Shown: piece after piece, positions 9,945 to 20,329 of the stretch | Layout: each line of letters begins with the position of its first letter | Position numbering within the stretch: position 1 is the first letter of the stretch | Source of the DNA: an uncultured Candidatus Peribacteria bacterium | GTDB taxonomy: Bacteria; Patescibacteriota; Gracilibacteria; UM-FILTER-43-11 | Assembly (NCBI GenBank): GCA_964448005.1 | Contig: CAYUUW010000010.1 | Coordinates: 1 to 40,128 of the forward strand | Direction of reading: 5' to 3' | Length of the DNA stretch: 40,128 nt | Notes under the pieces: model-generated | What the model saw: only the letters and a program-made list of their open reading frames with translations | Databases searched by the model: none | Told to the model about the DNA's origin: nothing | Translations under genes and position numbers: made by a program

Positions 9945-10725
9945 ATTTCTTGCATAGCTTCAGCCACCCCTCCAGCCCCACCGTCTTGGGGCTCTCCACT
10001 TCCGCCGTCGGGAAGTTGGCCCAATGCTCGTTCACCACGTCCCAAAAATCCTTCGGCAGGACCACATCGTTCTGCGCGATCTTCATGATGCAGCTCATCA
10101 CCTTCGGCTCCGGGTAAACGGAGCTGGGCGGCACATCGGCCACAATCTCAATGTCGCCGTAGGCCTGGGCCTGCAGGCTCACCCGGTAGCAGCGGGGTGG
10201 CTGGCCCATCAGCGTTTGGGCATAGTTCTTGTCCGTAATGAAGACCATGCCGTAGGGCTTGTGCGTCAGGTCCGACATAAAACGGCGGTACAGGCGGCCG
10301 CTCAGGTGGAAGGGGATGTTGCCGACCAGCAGGTAGTCTTCTTTCGGCGGGTCGTAGGTGAGGATGTCCTGGTTCCGCAGGGTGGGTTTTTTCCTGCGGG
10401 GCGCAATTTGTAGGGGCGCGATTAATCGCGCCCCTACATCGGCCGACCCTGCGGAACCGATTTTTCCCCTTAGAATTTCCAGCAATTCCTCATCAATCTC
10501 CAGCACGTCCACATTGTCGAATTTTTCTGCCAGTTTTTCCGTAATGTAGCCCAAGCCGCCGCCGATCTCCACAATCCTCGTTCCCGGCCGATGCACGGAG
10601 GCAATGGCTTGGATCAGGCGATCGATGATGGCCGGATCGCTGGTGAAGACCTGGCCGTGGTACTTGCGGGGGATCAGGCCGAGCCGCTCCAGCTCTTGCT
10701 GGCAGTTTTGTTGCTCTTGGTTCAT
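9943..10725 (-). CDS. KsgA/Erm-family rRNA adenine dimethyltransferase-like protein (divergent)
   Basis: GQVFT (compare GQNFL), SAM-binding IVEIGGGLGYITEKL, VLEIDEEL, and LLVGNIPFHLS (compare GNLPYNIS). Confidence 0.75.
   Translation of the reverse strand: MNQEQQNCQQELERLGLIPRKYHGQVFTSDPAIIDRLIQAIASVHRPGTRIVEIGGGLGYITEKLAEKFDNVDVLEIDEELLEILRGKIGSAGSADVGARLIAPLQIAPRRKKPTLRNQDILTYDPPKEDYLLVGNIPFHLSGRLYRRFMSDLTHKPYGMVFITDKNYAQTLMGQPPRCYRVSLQAQAYGDIEIVADVPPSSVYPEPKVMSCIMKIAQNDVVLPKDFWDVVNEHWANFPTAEVESPKTVGLEGWLKLCKK
10409..10438. repeat. Perfect 30-nt palindrome embedded in frame in the KsgA-like CDS
   Basis: tgtaggggcgcgatt|aatcgcgcccctaca encodes VGARLIAPLQ between the SAM-binding and GNIPF motifs. 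Confidence 0.9.
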
Positions 10726-10730
10726 TTTCT

Positions 10731-10797
10731 TAGCTTAGGAGCTTATCCGCTTCGCTAGCTTATAAGCTTATTAAGCTCTGTAAGCTCCTAAGCTAAT
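10731..10797. repeat. AAGCT-word leader element, copy 1
   Basis: cttagcttaggagcttatccgcttcgctagcttataagcttattaagctctgtaagctcctaagcta. It shares agcttaggagctta, agcttattaagct, gtaagct and taagcta with 27257-27313. Confidence 0.6.
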
Positions 10798-10846
10798 ATA
10801 CAAAACCCAATTCAATTCCTCAATAACAAAAGGTATAGTGTGAGAG

Positions 10847-12109
10847 ATGCAAACCCTGCTCCGCTTCCTCTTCGGCCTCTTGATTTTGGCTCCTGTTGCA
10901 GGGGAGCTCTTCCGCATCCCTGTGGGTCCGCTGGAGCTTCTGCCTGCCGACCTGATCATTCCAGCAATCTTCATCGCATGGGTGATTCACAAGGTCCGCA
11001 GCGATAGGCACTGGCGCTGGGGCAAGGTTGGCAAGATGGCCATGCTCTTTCTTTTCGTTGTCACGCTGAGCTATTCCCTCAATCTGCTGCGCTTCGATCC
11101 GGAGCAAATGCTCTCGGCTTTTCCTGCCCTGGGGCGCCTGGGCATGTACGTGGTGCTGGCCCCCATGGCCTACGATCTGCTTCATAATGATTCCAGCGGC
11201 CGTTTCCGCAAGATGCTTTTGGCTTGCATGCTGCTGGCCATGCTCCTGATTGCCCTGCTGGGCTTCGCGCAGCTGCATTTCTTCCCCAGCTTCCTGGAGC
11301 TGGGCCTTTACCTGGACGGGTGGGATCCTCACATCGGGAGGCTGCTTTCCACCTGGTTCGATCCGAATTTCGTCGCAGGCTACTTGGCGTTCATGCTGCC
11401 TGTGGCTTTGGCCTTGGCGCTCTATTTTTGGCGGATCCGGCGCTACTGGCTTTTCGCCCTGCTGGCTTTCCTGGCCCTCATTGCTCTGGTGGCCCTTTAC
11501 CTCACTTTCTCCCGTAGCGGCTATTTGGCCTTCTTGGCTGCCTTGGGCCTGCTTTCCCTGCTCAAGTCTCCTCGGCTTCTGGCGGCGGGGCTGCTGGCTT
11601 TCGCGCTGGCCTTCAGCGCTTCGCCCCGCATGCAGCAGCGCAGCCTGGAGGCGGTGGATTCGGCCAAATCGCTGATCGGGCTGGATTCGCAGAAGCCTCT
11701 GGATCCCACGGCCCGATTCCGGGTGGAATCCTGGCAGATCGCCGGGGAGATCATCGCCGAGCATCCGCTGCTGGGCATTGGCTACAACCGCTACGCCCAC
11801 GAGATCAATCGGCGGGGCTACGGGGAGCTTTCTGGCCATGCGTCCAGCGGCTCGGACAGCTCGCTCCTCACGATTTGGGCGACCACGGGCCTTTTCGGGC
11901 TTCTGAGCTACTTGGCCATGGCCTTTGTGGCGGCCGCCCTGGCCTTCCGCCGGGCCTGGACTGCCTCGGATCTGCCGAGCACCCGTTCTGCAGGCCTGCT
12001 GGCCGGCTTCGGAGGGCTTTTCGTCCATTCCTTCTTCGTCAATTCGCTGCTGTACGCCCTCATCATGACCACTTTCTGGGTAGGCTTGGCGCTGCTGGAT
12101 GAGATATAG
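10847..12109 (+). CDS. O-antigen ligase/polymerase (Wzy_C-like) family membrane protein
   Basis: Polytopic 420-aa protein with LYLTFSRSGYLAFLAALGLL and LLGIGYNRY, typical of the family. Confidence 0.8.
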   Translation: MQTLLRFLFGLLILAPVAGELFRIPVGPLELLPADLIIPAIFIAWVIHKVRSDRHWRWGKVGKMAMLFLFVVTLSYSLNLLRFDPEQMLSAFPALGRLGMYVVLAPMAYDLLHNDSSGRFRKMLLACMLLAMLLIALLGFAQLHFFPSFLELGLYLDGWDPHIGRLLSTWFDPNFVAGYLAFMLPVALALALYFWRIRRYWLFALLAFLALIALVALYLTFSRSGYLAFLAALGLLSLLKSPRLLAAGLLAFALAFSASPRMQQRSLEAVDSAKSLIGLDSQKPLDPTARFRVESWQIAGEIIAEHPLLGIGYNRYAHEINRRGYGELSGHASSGSDSSLLTIWATTGLFGLLSYLAMAFVAAALAFRRAWTASDLPSTRSAGLLAGFGGLFVHSFFVNSLLYALIMTTFWVGLALLDEI

Positions 12110-12178
12110 CGAAAGAATTGACAGGTTTTTTATTAGATGATTGAATGACAAACCTTCTATCAAGCTAACCCCTAAAGA

Positions 12179-13090
12179 ATGAAAAAGATATTTGAATCAA
12201 CATCTCAACTGACGAGTTTGGCTGGGGCTGCATTAGGGTCTTTCATGTTTTTGGCTACAAGTTGTAACCTTCCATCTGCACAGGAGGTTGCCAAAGCCGA
12301 ACGAGATGCACGATCTGCTTCGGATGGAATGGAACGTTTTAAGCTGGAGCTTAGAAATTCAGTTGTAAGCTGTAGGCAGAAAATTTCAGCCGTACGGAGG
12401 CCTCGAGATATGACCGTAGGAGATGGTTTCAACTACGATGCTCGCCAGCTAGTTGAAAATAGAGCTTGGATTGATAATCGAGAGGGCATTCTGGTTCAAC
12501 ATACATTAATTGAGTGCTATACAGAATTGGGGACTGCCCAGGAGGCTCGTCGAGCAGAAGATGAGAAAATTGCTGCACTCGAGAACTTACAACAAGAAAG
12601 AGCTAAGCTTAGAGACATTGTGTGTGAGGAATATCCTGCGGATAGAGTTTGCAATCCAGAATATGCCAATAGTCCAGATTTTGCCGCACATTGCTATTTT
12701 GATAGAGCTGATTTACCTCATCCCAGAGATATACCCGCTCAAATGGATGGTATGGACTGTAATAGATATGAAGGTTATTTGTTAGCTGATTTGGAGGAAG
12801 TGATTAATGTATGGGGTCAATTTAGCATGGGTGAAAGCTCGTGGATGGATGATGCAGATGAAGATTTTACAGAAGCCGGAGGTTTATCCTTGCTTGCTGA
12901 GATGAGAGAAAAACCATCTTTAGTTAATAAAGTCGCAAAATCCCTTGGCTTATCAACTTCTGAGCTAAGAAAACGAATTGAAGTTTTAAGAAAAATTAGT
13001 AATGAGTATAAATCTGGTCATTTTGATGCGAATGAAACACTTCCTATTCGTTTCGCCTTATTGGAGGAAATACCAACCCAGAAAAAATAA
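12179..13090 (+). CDS. Putative lipoprotein, unknown function, visibly low GC
   Basis: Signal peptide with a lipobox-like FLATSC; the rest is hydrophilic with several Cys. Confidence 0.6.
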   Translation: MKKIFESTSQLTSLAGAALGSFMFLATSCNLPSAQEVAKAERDARSASDGMERFKLELRNSVVSCRQKISAVRRPRDMTVGDGFNYDARQLVENRAWIDNREGILVQHTLIECYTELGTAQEARRAEDEKIAALENLQQERAKLRDIVCEEYPADRVCNPEYANSPDFAAHCYFDRADLPHPRDIPAQMDGMDCNRYEGYLLADLEEVINVWGQFSMGESSWMDDADEDFTEAGGLSLLAEMREKPSLVNKVAKSLGLSTSELRKRIEVLRKISNEYKSGHFDANETLPIRFALLEEIPTQKK

Positions 13091-13170
13091 GCATTTCAAA
13101 ATAGATTATTTGTTTTTTTTGGGATTGTTGGTTGGGTTGGATCCTGATCAAGGCTTACAGCTTAGCTTGC

Positions 13171-13503
13171 CTAATAAATCAGCACCTCGTTCAGGGCAAA
13201 AATAGCCTTCTTCAACTGTTCCTTGCTCACCCGGCCCAGGCGTTCGCCGAGGCGCTTCCCGGAAAGGGTCCGGATCTGGAAGGTGAGGATTTCCGAATCT
13301 TTTTCCAGCCCGTTGCCTGGGCTTTTAGGAATGAAGACGGAGCCTGGATAATCCTTTTTTGACGAGGAAAAAGGGCACACGATGACTAGGCCTAAATGCT
13401 CGTTCATCGCATTCCCCGAAACAATCAGCACGGGCCGTTTTCCATTCTGCTCCCTGCCCAGGGCTGGGTTCAGTTCGGCCCAATAGATCTCGCCTTGCTT
13501 CAT
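13171..13503 (-). CDS. mazF: MazF/PemK-family endoribonuclease toxin
   Basis: MKQGEIYWAELNPALGREQNGKRPVLIVS...LVIVCPFSS is the classic PemK N-terminus. There is a 4-nt ATGA overlap with the upstream gene. Confidence 0.85.
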   Translation of the reverse strand: MKQGEIYWAELNPALGREQNGKRPVLIVSGNAMNEHLGLVIVCPFSSSKKDYPGSVFIPKSPGNGLEKDSEILTFQIRTLSGKRLGERLGRVSKEQLKKAIFALNEVLIY

Positions 13504-13751
13504 AGGTCCAATTGCTTAAGCTGCCCTTCATAATCTTCCACCCCCATTTCGGCCAATTCAAAAAGATCGGCATCTTTGGAGGCGCGCTTGAATCCCTCGG
13601 CGAAGGTGCGGCGCTTCGCCTGGAAACGATAGGCTTTTAGGGCTTCCTCCAGAACCGAGCGCTGGGTGCTGCGCTGCTCCTTGGAAAATTCCCGCAGCCA
13701 CTGCAGAAGCTCTGCAGAGAGGGCGGTGGTGAACATTGGAGCGTTTGCCAT
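13500..13751 (-). CDS. Cognate antitoxin, probably ribbon-helix-helix
   Basis: 83 aa. FTTALSAELLQWLREFSKEQRSTQRSVLEEALKAY resembles a CopG/RHH fold. It is translationally coupled to mazF. Confidence 0.65.
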   Translation of the reverse strand: MANAPMFTTALSAELLQWLREFSKEQRSTQRSVLEEALKAYRFQAKRRTFAEGFKRASKDADLFELAEMGVEDYEGQLKQLDL

Positions 13752-13777
13752 AAAAAAATTAAATAAATTTCTTAAAT

Positions 13778-13806
13778 ATTATATTTAAATATTCTCCAAA
13801 GGTCAA
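13778..13806 (-). promoter_or_regulatory. Promoter of the TA operon (TTGACC-17-TATAAT on the minus strand) overlapping an AT palindrome that may be the operator
   Basis: On the + strand, ggtcaa is at 13801-13806 and attata at 13778-13783. The palindrome atatttaaatat lies at 13781-13792. Confidence 0.55.
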
Positions 13807-13829
13807 ACCTCTATTTTTTGCCAAGTTCA

Positions 13830-13856
13830 AGAGCCCCGACGTGACGTCGGGGCTCT
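13830..13856 (-). terminator. Perfect 12-bp hairpin just downstream of the 13875 stop (no clear T run)
   Basis: agagccccgacg tga cgtcggggctct. Confidence 0.4.
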
Positions 13857-13874
13857 GTGAAGTTCCGGGGTGGC

Positions 13875-14654
13875 CTACTGCCAAGAGGCCAGCGTTTTTT
13901 CCAGCCAGCTGGTTGGCATGTACACGAAGCGATTGGGGCAGCTTCGGCCGCAATCCTGGTCGTAGCGAACGAAGCCCACCTCCGTCAGGTAGTCGGCCAC
14001 CGTTCGGTTATCGGCGACTTTCTGATCGGGGTGCAGCGGCATCACCACGATGCCGAAATGCGAGAGGCTGTGGCCAGGTTTGCCGGCCAGACTTGTGTCG
14101 CCATTTGCCGCACTGAAGAGGCGCTCCTGATGATCCATGGATCGCCAGGCGCCGGAGGCGCGCAGCTCGATGGTCATGGCCTCGCCGCTGTCTGCCCACA
14201 CGGCCTCGTTGGCTGCCTCGAATGCTTCCGCGGCGGGTTTGGCCAGGTGCAGCTCTGCTTTGTTCCAGGCCGAGTCGTAGCCTTTGCCTTCGGCTTTCAT
14301 TCGCCGCAGCGTGTCCTCCCAGGGGCGCAAGGGCTTCCACCAGGCTTCCGGATGGTGCAGGCGCTGGAGGCGCATTTTGCGCAGCTCGAGGCCGCTCAGC
14401 GCTTCAGCCTCTTCCAGGCGCGATTCTGACGTGCAGATCCGTCCGAGCTTTCGGAGGCAAATTTCCTCCCCTCCTTGCTTTTCTTTTTGCTCGTAATAGG
14501 CCTGATCTTCAGGCCCTCGGGGCGAAAAGCTTTCGAAGTACTTGTTGTCGTGCTCTTCGGGAACGTGTTCGTATCCCCAGTAAATCAATGCTGTCAGGAG
14601 GAGTAAGATAGTGGTTGTGATCAGGATGTAGCTTGTCCAAAACTTGCGTGACAT
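13875..14654 (-). CDS. Hypothetical membrane-anchored protein
   Basis: Within ORF 13875..14864. The likely start is MSRKFWTSYILITTTILLLLTALIYWGY (ATG at 14654-14652). No domain recognised. Confidence 0.55.
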   Translation of the reverse strand: MSRKFWTSYILITTTILLLLTALIYWGYEHVPEEHDNKYFESFSPRGPEDQAYYEQKEKQGGEEICLRKLGRICTSESRLEEAEALSGLELRKMRLQRLHHPEAWWKPLRPWEDTLRRMKAEGKGYDSAWNKAELHLAKPAAEAFEAANEAVWADSGEAMTIELRASGAWRSMDHQERLFSAANGDTSLAGKPGHSLSHFGIVVMPLHPDQKVADNRTVADYLTEVGFVRYDQDCGRSCPNRFVYMPTSWLEKTLASWQ

Positions 14655-14963
14655 CTTTCGCCTTTCGTGTTTTGTTTCCGGTAGCCTTCCAGGCTCCATT
14701 CGGGCTGCCCAAAAGGCTTCCGGAAACGGCTCTCTGCCCGGAACTTCTCGCTCTCCAGTCGGGGCCACACCCTGCGAACAGAGGGTTGGCCACAGGAACT
14801 GAGGGGCAGAAATCGGGTCAGCGAGCGCCGGTGCTGCTAAGGATCGTTGGCTGAAAAATAACATAAAAATTAAATTACGTCAATAAAAATTCAGCGCCCC
14901 GTCTCTTTGATTGGCGCCTATTTTTCTGTTTCTTTACTGAAGAATAATGAGCGGGAAAATCAG

Positions 14964-15040
14964 GTCAGATTCTTCGCTGCGCTCTGAATGACGGATGGGC
15001 TCAGTCAAATCGTAGGCAGGTCGGGGCACGGAATGACAGG
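14964..15040. repeat. Two hairpin-family elements in the 14655-15147 spacer
   Basis: gtcagattcttcgctgcgctctgaatgac lies at 14964-14992. A truncated inverted copy of the 38210-type element lies at 15011-15040 (reverse complement cctgtcattccgtgccccgacctgcctacg). Confidence 0.6.
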
Positions 15041-15147
15041 CGGGGAATGAGAAAGGGGTCCCTCCACCTTGGTCGGGACGACGAAAAAGAGGGGCTTTAG
15101 GTTGATTTCCCCCCCGTTTTTTGCTAAAATAGATAGAAAAAAAATAA

Positions 15148-17985
15148 ATGGAGCAAAGCAAAAACAGCATCTTCTCGCCCCGCATTGTTGCCCTTTCGCT
15201 CCTTTTCATGCTGGCCAATGCGGCCTTCTATTTCCTGCTGTTCTCCTCGTCCCGCTCCGGCCCGCCCGAGCCTTTGGGCCCGTGGATCGCCTTCTCCGGC
15301 TCCGCCCCGCAGATCGCTTCCCCCTACGCCCCCTCCGTAGGGCCTGCCCAGCAGGGGCAGCTGATGATGGTGGGCGCCAGCCTTTCCACAGGGCCAGGCC
15401 AGTTCGCCGAAATCCTGCTGGGGGGCAATGCGGTTCGGCTGGACGAAAACACCCAGCTTGTTTTGCTGCAGAACAATCTTCCGCCGGAGGCCAATGGGCT
15501 TTCCTGGCCTAGCCGCTTGGCTTTCCGCCTTCAGAAAGGCTCGCTTTGGATCAAGGCTTCTGATCCTATTCTTGTTCTTGCTCCTCGAGTTTCGCTTCAT
15601 CTCCAGAGTGCTTCCGGAGCTTTTTTCCATAGCCCAGAGGGCCTCAATCGCTCCATGGTGTTCAGCGGAACAGGGGATTTGGCTCTTTACGGAGAAGACC
15701 AGCGGCCCATTGCTTCTTTGGCCCTCCCCCTTTTTTCCCAAGCCACTTTCCTGGATGCTTCCATCCTTCCGGATTTTGCCTTGCTGCAGCCCTCCAAGCT
15801 TAAGAAGGAGCTCCGGGTCTCCCCGCTTTCCAAAGAGGTGATGCAGGACCCTTGGGTCTTGGCCAATCAGGCGGTGGACGGCGAGCTGCCCGGGGCCGCC
15901 CTGGAGCCGATCCATTCTTTCCTGGGCTACGCCTTTAGGCAGGGGGCAAACGGCTTCCGGTCGACCCTCTCTTTCTACGCCTCGGGCGATCGGCGCGCTT
16001 TTTTCGCCCGGGCCAAAAACATCCTCCGCTACTGGTCCGGAGGGGTGGCCGAGGGCAACAGCCTCAAAAGAGCTCAGGCACTCGAGCGTTCGTGGAAAGC
16101 CCTTTCCCCTTTGCTGGAGGGGCCCGAGTGGAGCGCATGGAGGAGGGGGCATTTCTTCGCCTTGCCGTGGGGCGAAGCCGATTCCGCCCAATTCCTGCTT
16201 AAGCGGATGCTGCTTTCGGAACTTTCTTCCCCTGAAAACGCCAGAATCCTGCGCGCCCCCCTCGCCCAGGCCCGATGGCACCTTTCAAGGAACGAGCCGG
16301 CCCAAGCCGATCGCTTGGCGGAGCTTTGGCTCTCCGAATGGAAGGCTCTTCCTGCCCAAAGCTTTCCTGAAGAAATGGGGCAGCAGTTGGACATGGTGCG
16401 CCAGCTGGCCTTGGCCTATGCCGATCGCATCTCCCTTCGTTGGCTTTCCCTTGCGGATGAAGCCTCCGCCCTGGCTGCAGCCGGGCAGCCCGCTATGGAG
16501 GACTTCAGCCTTTCCCTGACCCAGGAGCGGCTAGATGCGGTGGCGGCCTTGCTGGGGGCTTACCGCTACGGCGAAGCCAAGCAGTATCTTAAGGCCTCTT
16601 ACTTGGCCCTGCAGCAGGTTCCTGCCCCAGCCCTTTCGGCCAGCCAGGAGGTTTTCCTGCAGATGGGGAAGCTCTTGGCCCAGCGCATCGAATACGCTCA
16701 AACGGAGCTCCGCTCCTCGCCGGTTCCCATCGACGAGGAGGCGTTCCGCCTCTTCATCCAGAAGAAGAACAGGGATGAGCTACTTTCCAGCGACCTCAAG
16801 TCTTTCCTTTCCGATGGGGAGCCTGTGCTTGCTCCCTCCGATATGATCCACCTTCCTTCCGCGGAAGAGGCCTTGGCTTGGCTGGCCGAAGCCGGCATTC
16901 GGGTCAGCGCTTCCGGCATCGAGCCGCTGGAGGGCCGCCTGGTCTTTTCGCTGAAGGGCGCCGAGCTTTCCGAAGCCGGGAAGGACCTCCAGGTTTTCGA
17001 TGCCCTTTACGACCCTTTCTCCGCCTCCTTTTCTCAGATCCTCACCCAGCAGGGGCGCGCGCTGAAGGGGTCCTTCGCGCTTTCGGACCTGAAGTCCGCC
17101 CTTCGCCCCTCCGAAATCCTTCCCTCTCCCGGAGAGGGGGAATCAGCCGATCCAGACACGCTTTTGAGCCAAGCCGAACAAGAGGAGGCCGGCCGGCAGC
17201 AGGCCGTTGCCGAAGGGGTGGCCCAAAGGCTGGCCATGGCCCAATTGGAGAAGGCGGGATTCCTTTTAGCCAGTCCGAAGGTCCTGGAGGTGCTCGATCC
17301 TTTGGGCTTGGACCGTTTCTCCGTTCGGCAATCTGCTCTCCGCTCCCAGGACGGCCTCCGCAATGAGGAGGTCTCTTTCCGCTACGATTCGTCTTCGCAG
17401 GAGCTTTCGGAGATTGCCCAGCTTCCGGCAGGCGAGCCTCTTCTGGATCGGGCAGGCTTGGCTGAAGCCCGGGAGAGGATTTTCGCCGCTCTGGATAGGC
17501 GCCAAGAGGAGTCTGCGGCCCTGGACCTTTTGAAGAAGGCCCTGGAAGGCCAGCCGGTGAAATGGGAGCCTTCGCAGGTCCGATTCCTTTCGCCTCAGCT
17601 CCTGCAGCTTCCCCAAATCCGCCTCTTGGCTCCGCCTCTCGATTTCAGCGGGCTTTTCGATGCGTCTGCCGGCAGCTTTTCGGTGCTCAGCCACTCCCTG
17701 CATTCGGGGTACCGGGTGACGATGGAAGAGTACCTGAGCGGACTGCTTTTGGCCTACGCCAAAAGCCTTTTCGCCCAGCAGGGGCTCCCGACCGAAACAG
17801 GCCAATGGAGCGCCCTGCCCGCTTCCGCCGAAGTATCGGCCGAAGGGTATTCCTACGGCAACTTCGAATTCTCATTCCTCTTCGATGCCGCCGCCGGCCG
17901 CTTCAAGCGACTAGAGGCCAAGGGGCCGGGCTGGGTGGTGGAGGATGCGGAGTTTGAAGATCTGAAGAGTTTGGCGTTCAAATAG
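15148..17985 (+). CDS. Large (945 aa) N-terminally membrane-anchored protein with a possible FecR-like domain
   Basis: A TM helix at residues ~15-33 is followed by GQFAEILLGGNAVRLDENTQLVLLQ...RLQKGSLWIKA, which resembles FecR (PF04773). The remaining ~700 aa are helical with no recognised domain. Confidence 0.7.
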   Translation: MEQSKNSIFSPRIVALSLLFMLANAAFYFLLFSSSRSGPPEPLGPWIAFSGSAPQIASPYAPSVGPAQQGQLMMVGASLSTGPGQFAEILLGGNAVRLDENTQLVLLQNNLPPEANGLSWPSRLAFRLQKGSLWIKASDPILVLAPRVSLHLQSASGAFFHSPEGLNRSMVFSGTGDLALYGEDQRPIASLALPLFSQATFLDASILPDFALLQPSKLKKELRVSPLSKEVMQDPWVLANQAVDGELPGAALEPIHSFLGYAFRQGANGFRSTLSFYASGDRRAFFARAKNILRYWSGGVAEGNSLKRAQALERSWKALSPLLEGPEWSAWRRGHFFALPWGEADSAQFLLKRMLLSELSSPENARILRAPLAQARWHLSRNEPAQADRLAELWLSEWKALPAQSFPEEMGQQLDMVRQLALAYADRISLRWLSLADEASALAAAGQPAMEDFSLSLTQERLDAVAALLGAYRYGEAKQYLKASYLALQQVPAPALSASQEVFLQMGKLLAQRIEYAQTELRSSPVPIDEEAFRLFIQKKNRDELLSSDLKSFLSDGEPVLAPSDMIHLPSAEEALAWLAEAGIRVSASGIEPLEGRLVFSLKGAELSEAGKDLQVFDALYDPFSASFSQILTQQGRALKGSFALSDLKSALRPSEILPSPGEGESADPDTLLSQAEQEEAGRQQAVAEGVAQRLAMAQLEKAGFLLASPKVLEVLDPLGLDRFSVRQSALRSQDGLRNEEVSFRYDSSSQELSEIAQLPAGEPLLDRAGLAEARERIFAALDRRQEESAALDLLKKALEGQPVKWEPSQVRFLSPQLLQLPQIRLLAPPLDFSGLFDASAGSFSVLSHSLHSGYRVTMEEYLSGLLLAYAKSLFAQQGLPTETGQWSALPASAEVSAEGYSYGNFEFSFLFDAAAGRFKRLEAKGPGWVVEDAEFEDLKSLAFK

Positions 17986-18006
17986 TGAGATTATGGGGAG
18001 TTTTGG

Positions 18007-18091
18007 CCTGCCTGCCGGCAGGGATAGTTGTTATTATTGAGAGCCCCCCTCTGTCATTCCGACCGAAGCGCAGCGCAGCGGAGGAATCTTC
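18007..18091. repeat. Palindrome cctgcctgccggcagg plus hairpin-family element
   Basis: ctgtcattccgaccgaagcgcagcgcagcggaggaatcttc lies at 18051-18091. The cctgccggcagg core at 18011-18022 recurs at 38229-38248 and 39119-39139. Confidence 0.6.
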
Positions 18092-18127
18092 ACCATATTT
18101 CCTTTCTCTTCTCTTTTTCTCAAATTT

Positions 18128-18169
18128 CCCAATAATCCCTATCACTCCCAATCATCCCCCAATAGGCCC
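18128..18169 (+). repeat. CCC-N6-type G-poor leader repeat upstream of gyrB
   Basis: cccaataat ccctatcac tcccaatca tcccccaat aggccc. Confidence 0.55.
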
Positions 18170-18217
18170 TAGACACTTCTCGGCCTGTGCGATACACTCT
18201 GGTGGGCGTTTTTTTGA

Positions 18218-20257
<2,040 letters not shown>

Positions 20258-20329
20258 CCCCGTTTAGACTTCCGGCTGGCCAGGCCTCCTGGCCAAGCCT
20301 CCATTAACCATAATCAATCCCTCTTCCCC

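Noticed and set aside
13091-13170. Possible relic of the O-antigen-ligase 3' end (FFLGLLVGLDPD versus FWVGLALLDEI) that would bracket the lipoprotein gene as at gatB
   Set aside because: Nucleotide identity is only about 55-60% and needs a gap. The stops are not aligned, and the segment is made of the common GGGATTGTTGG repeat words. The resemblance is not distinguishable from chance by eye.
20277-20295. Hairpin tggccagg-cct-cctggcca between gyrB and secF as a terminator
   Set aside because: It has no T run and only a 3-nt loop. It could be an RNA processing or stability element, but the evidence is too thin to annotate.
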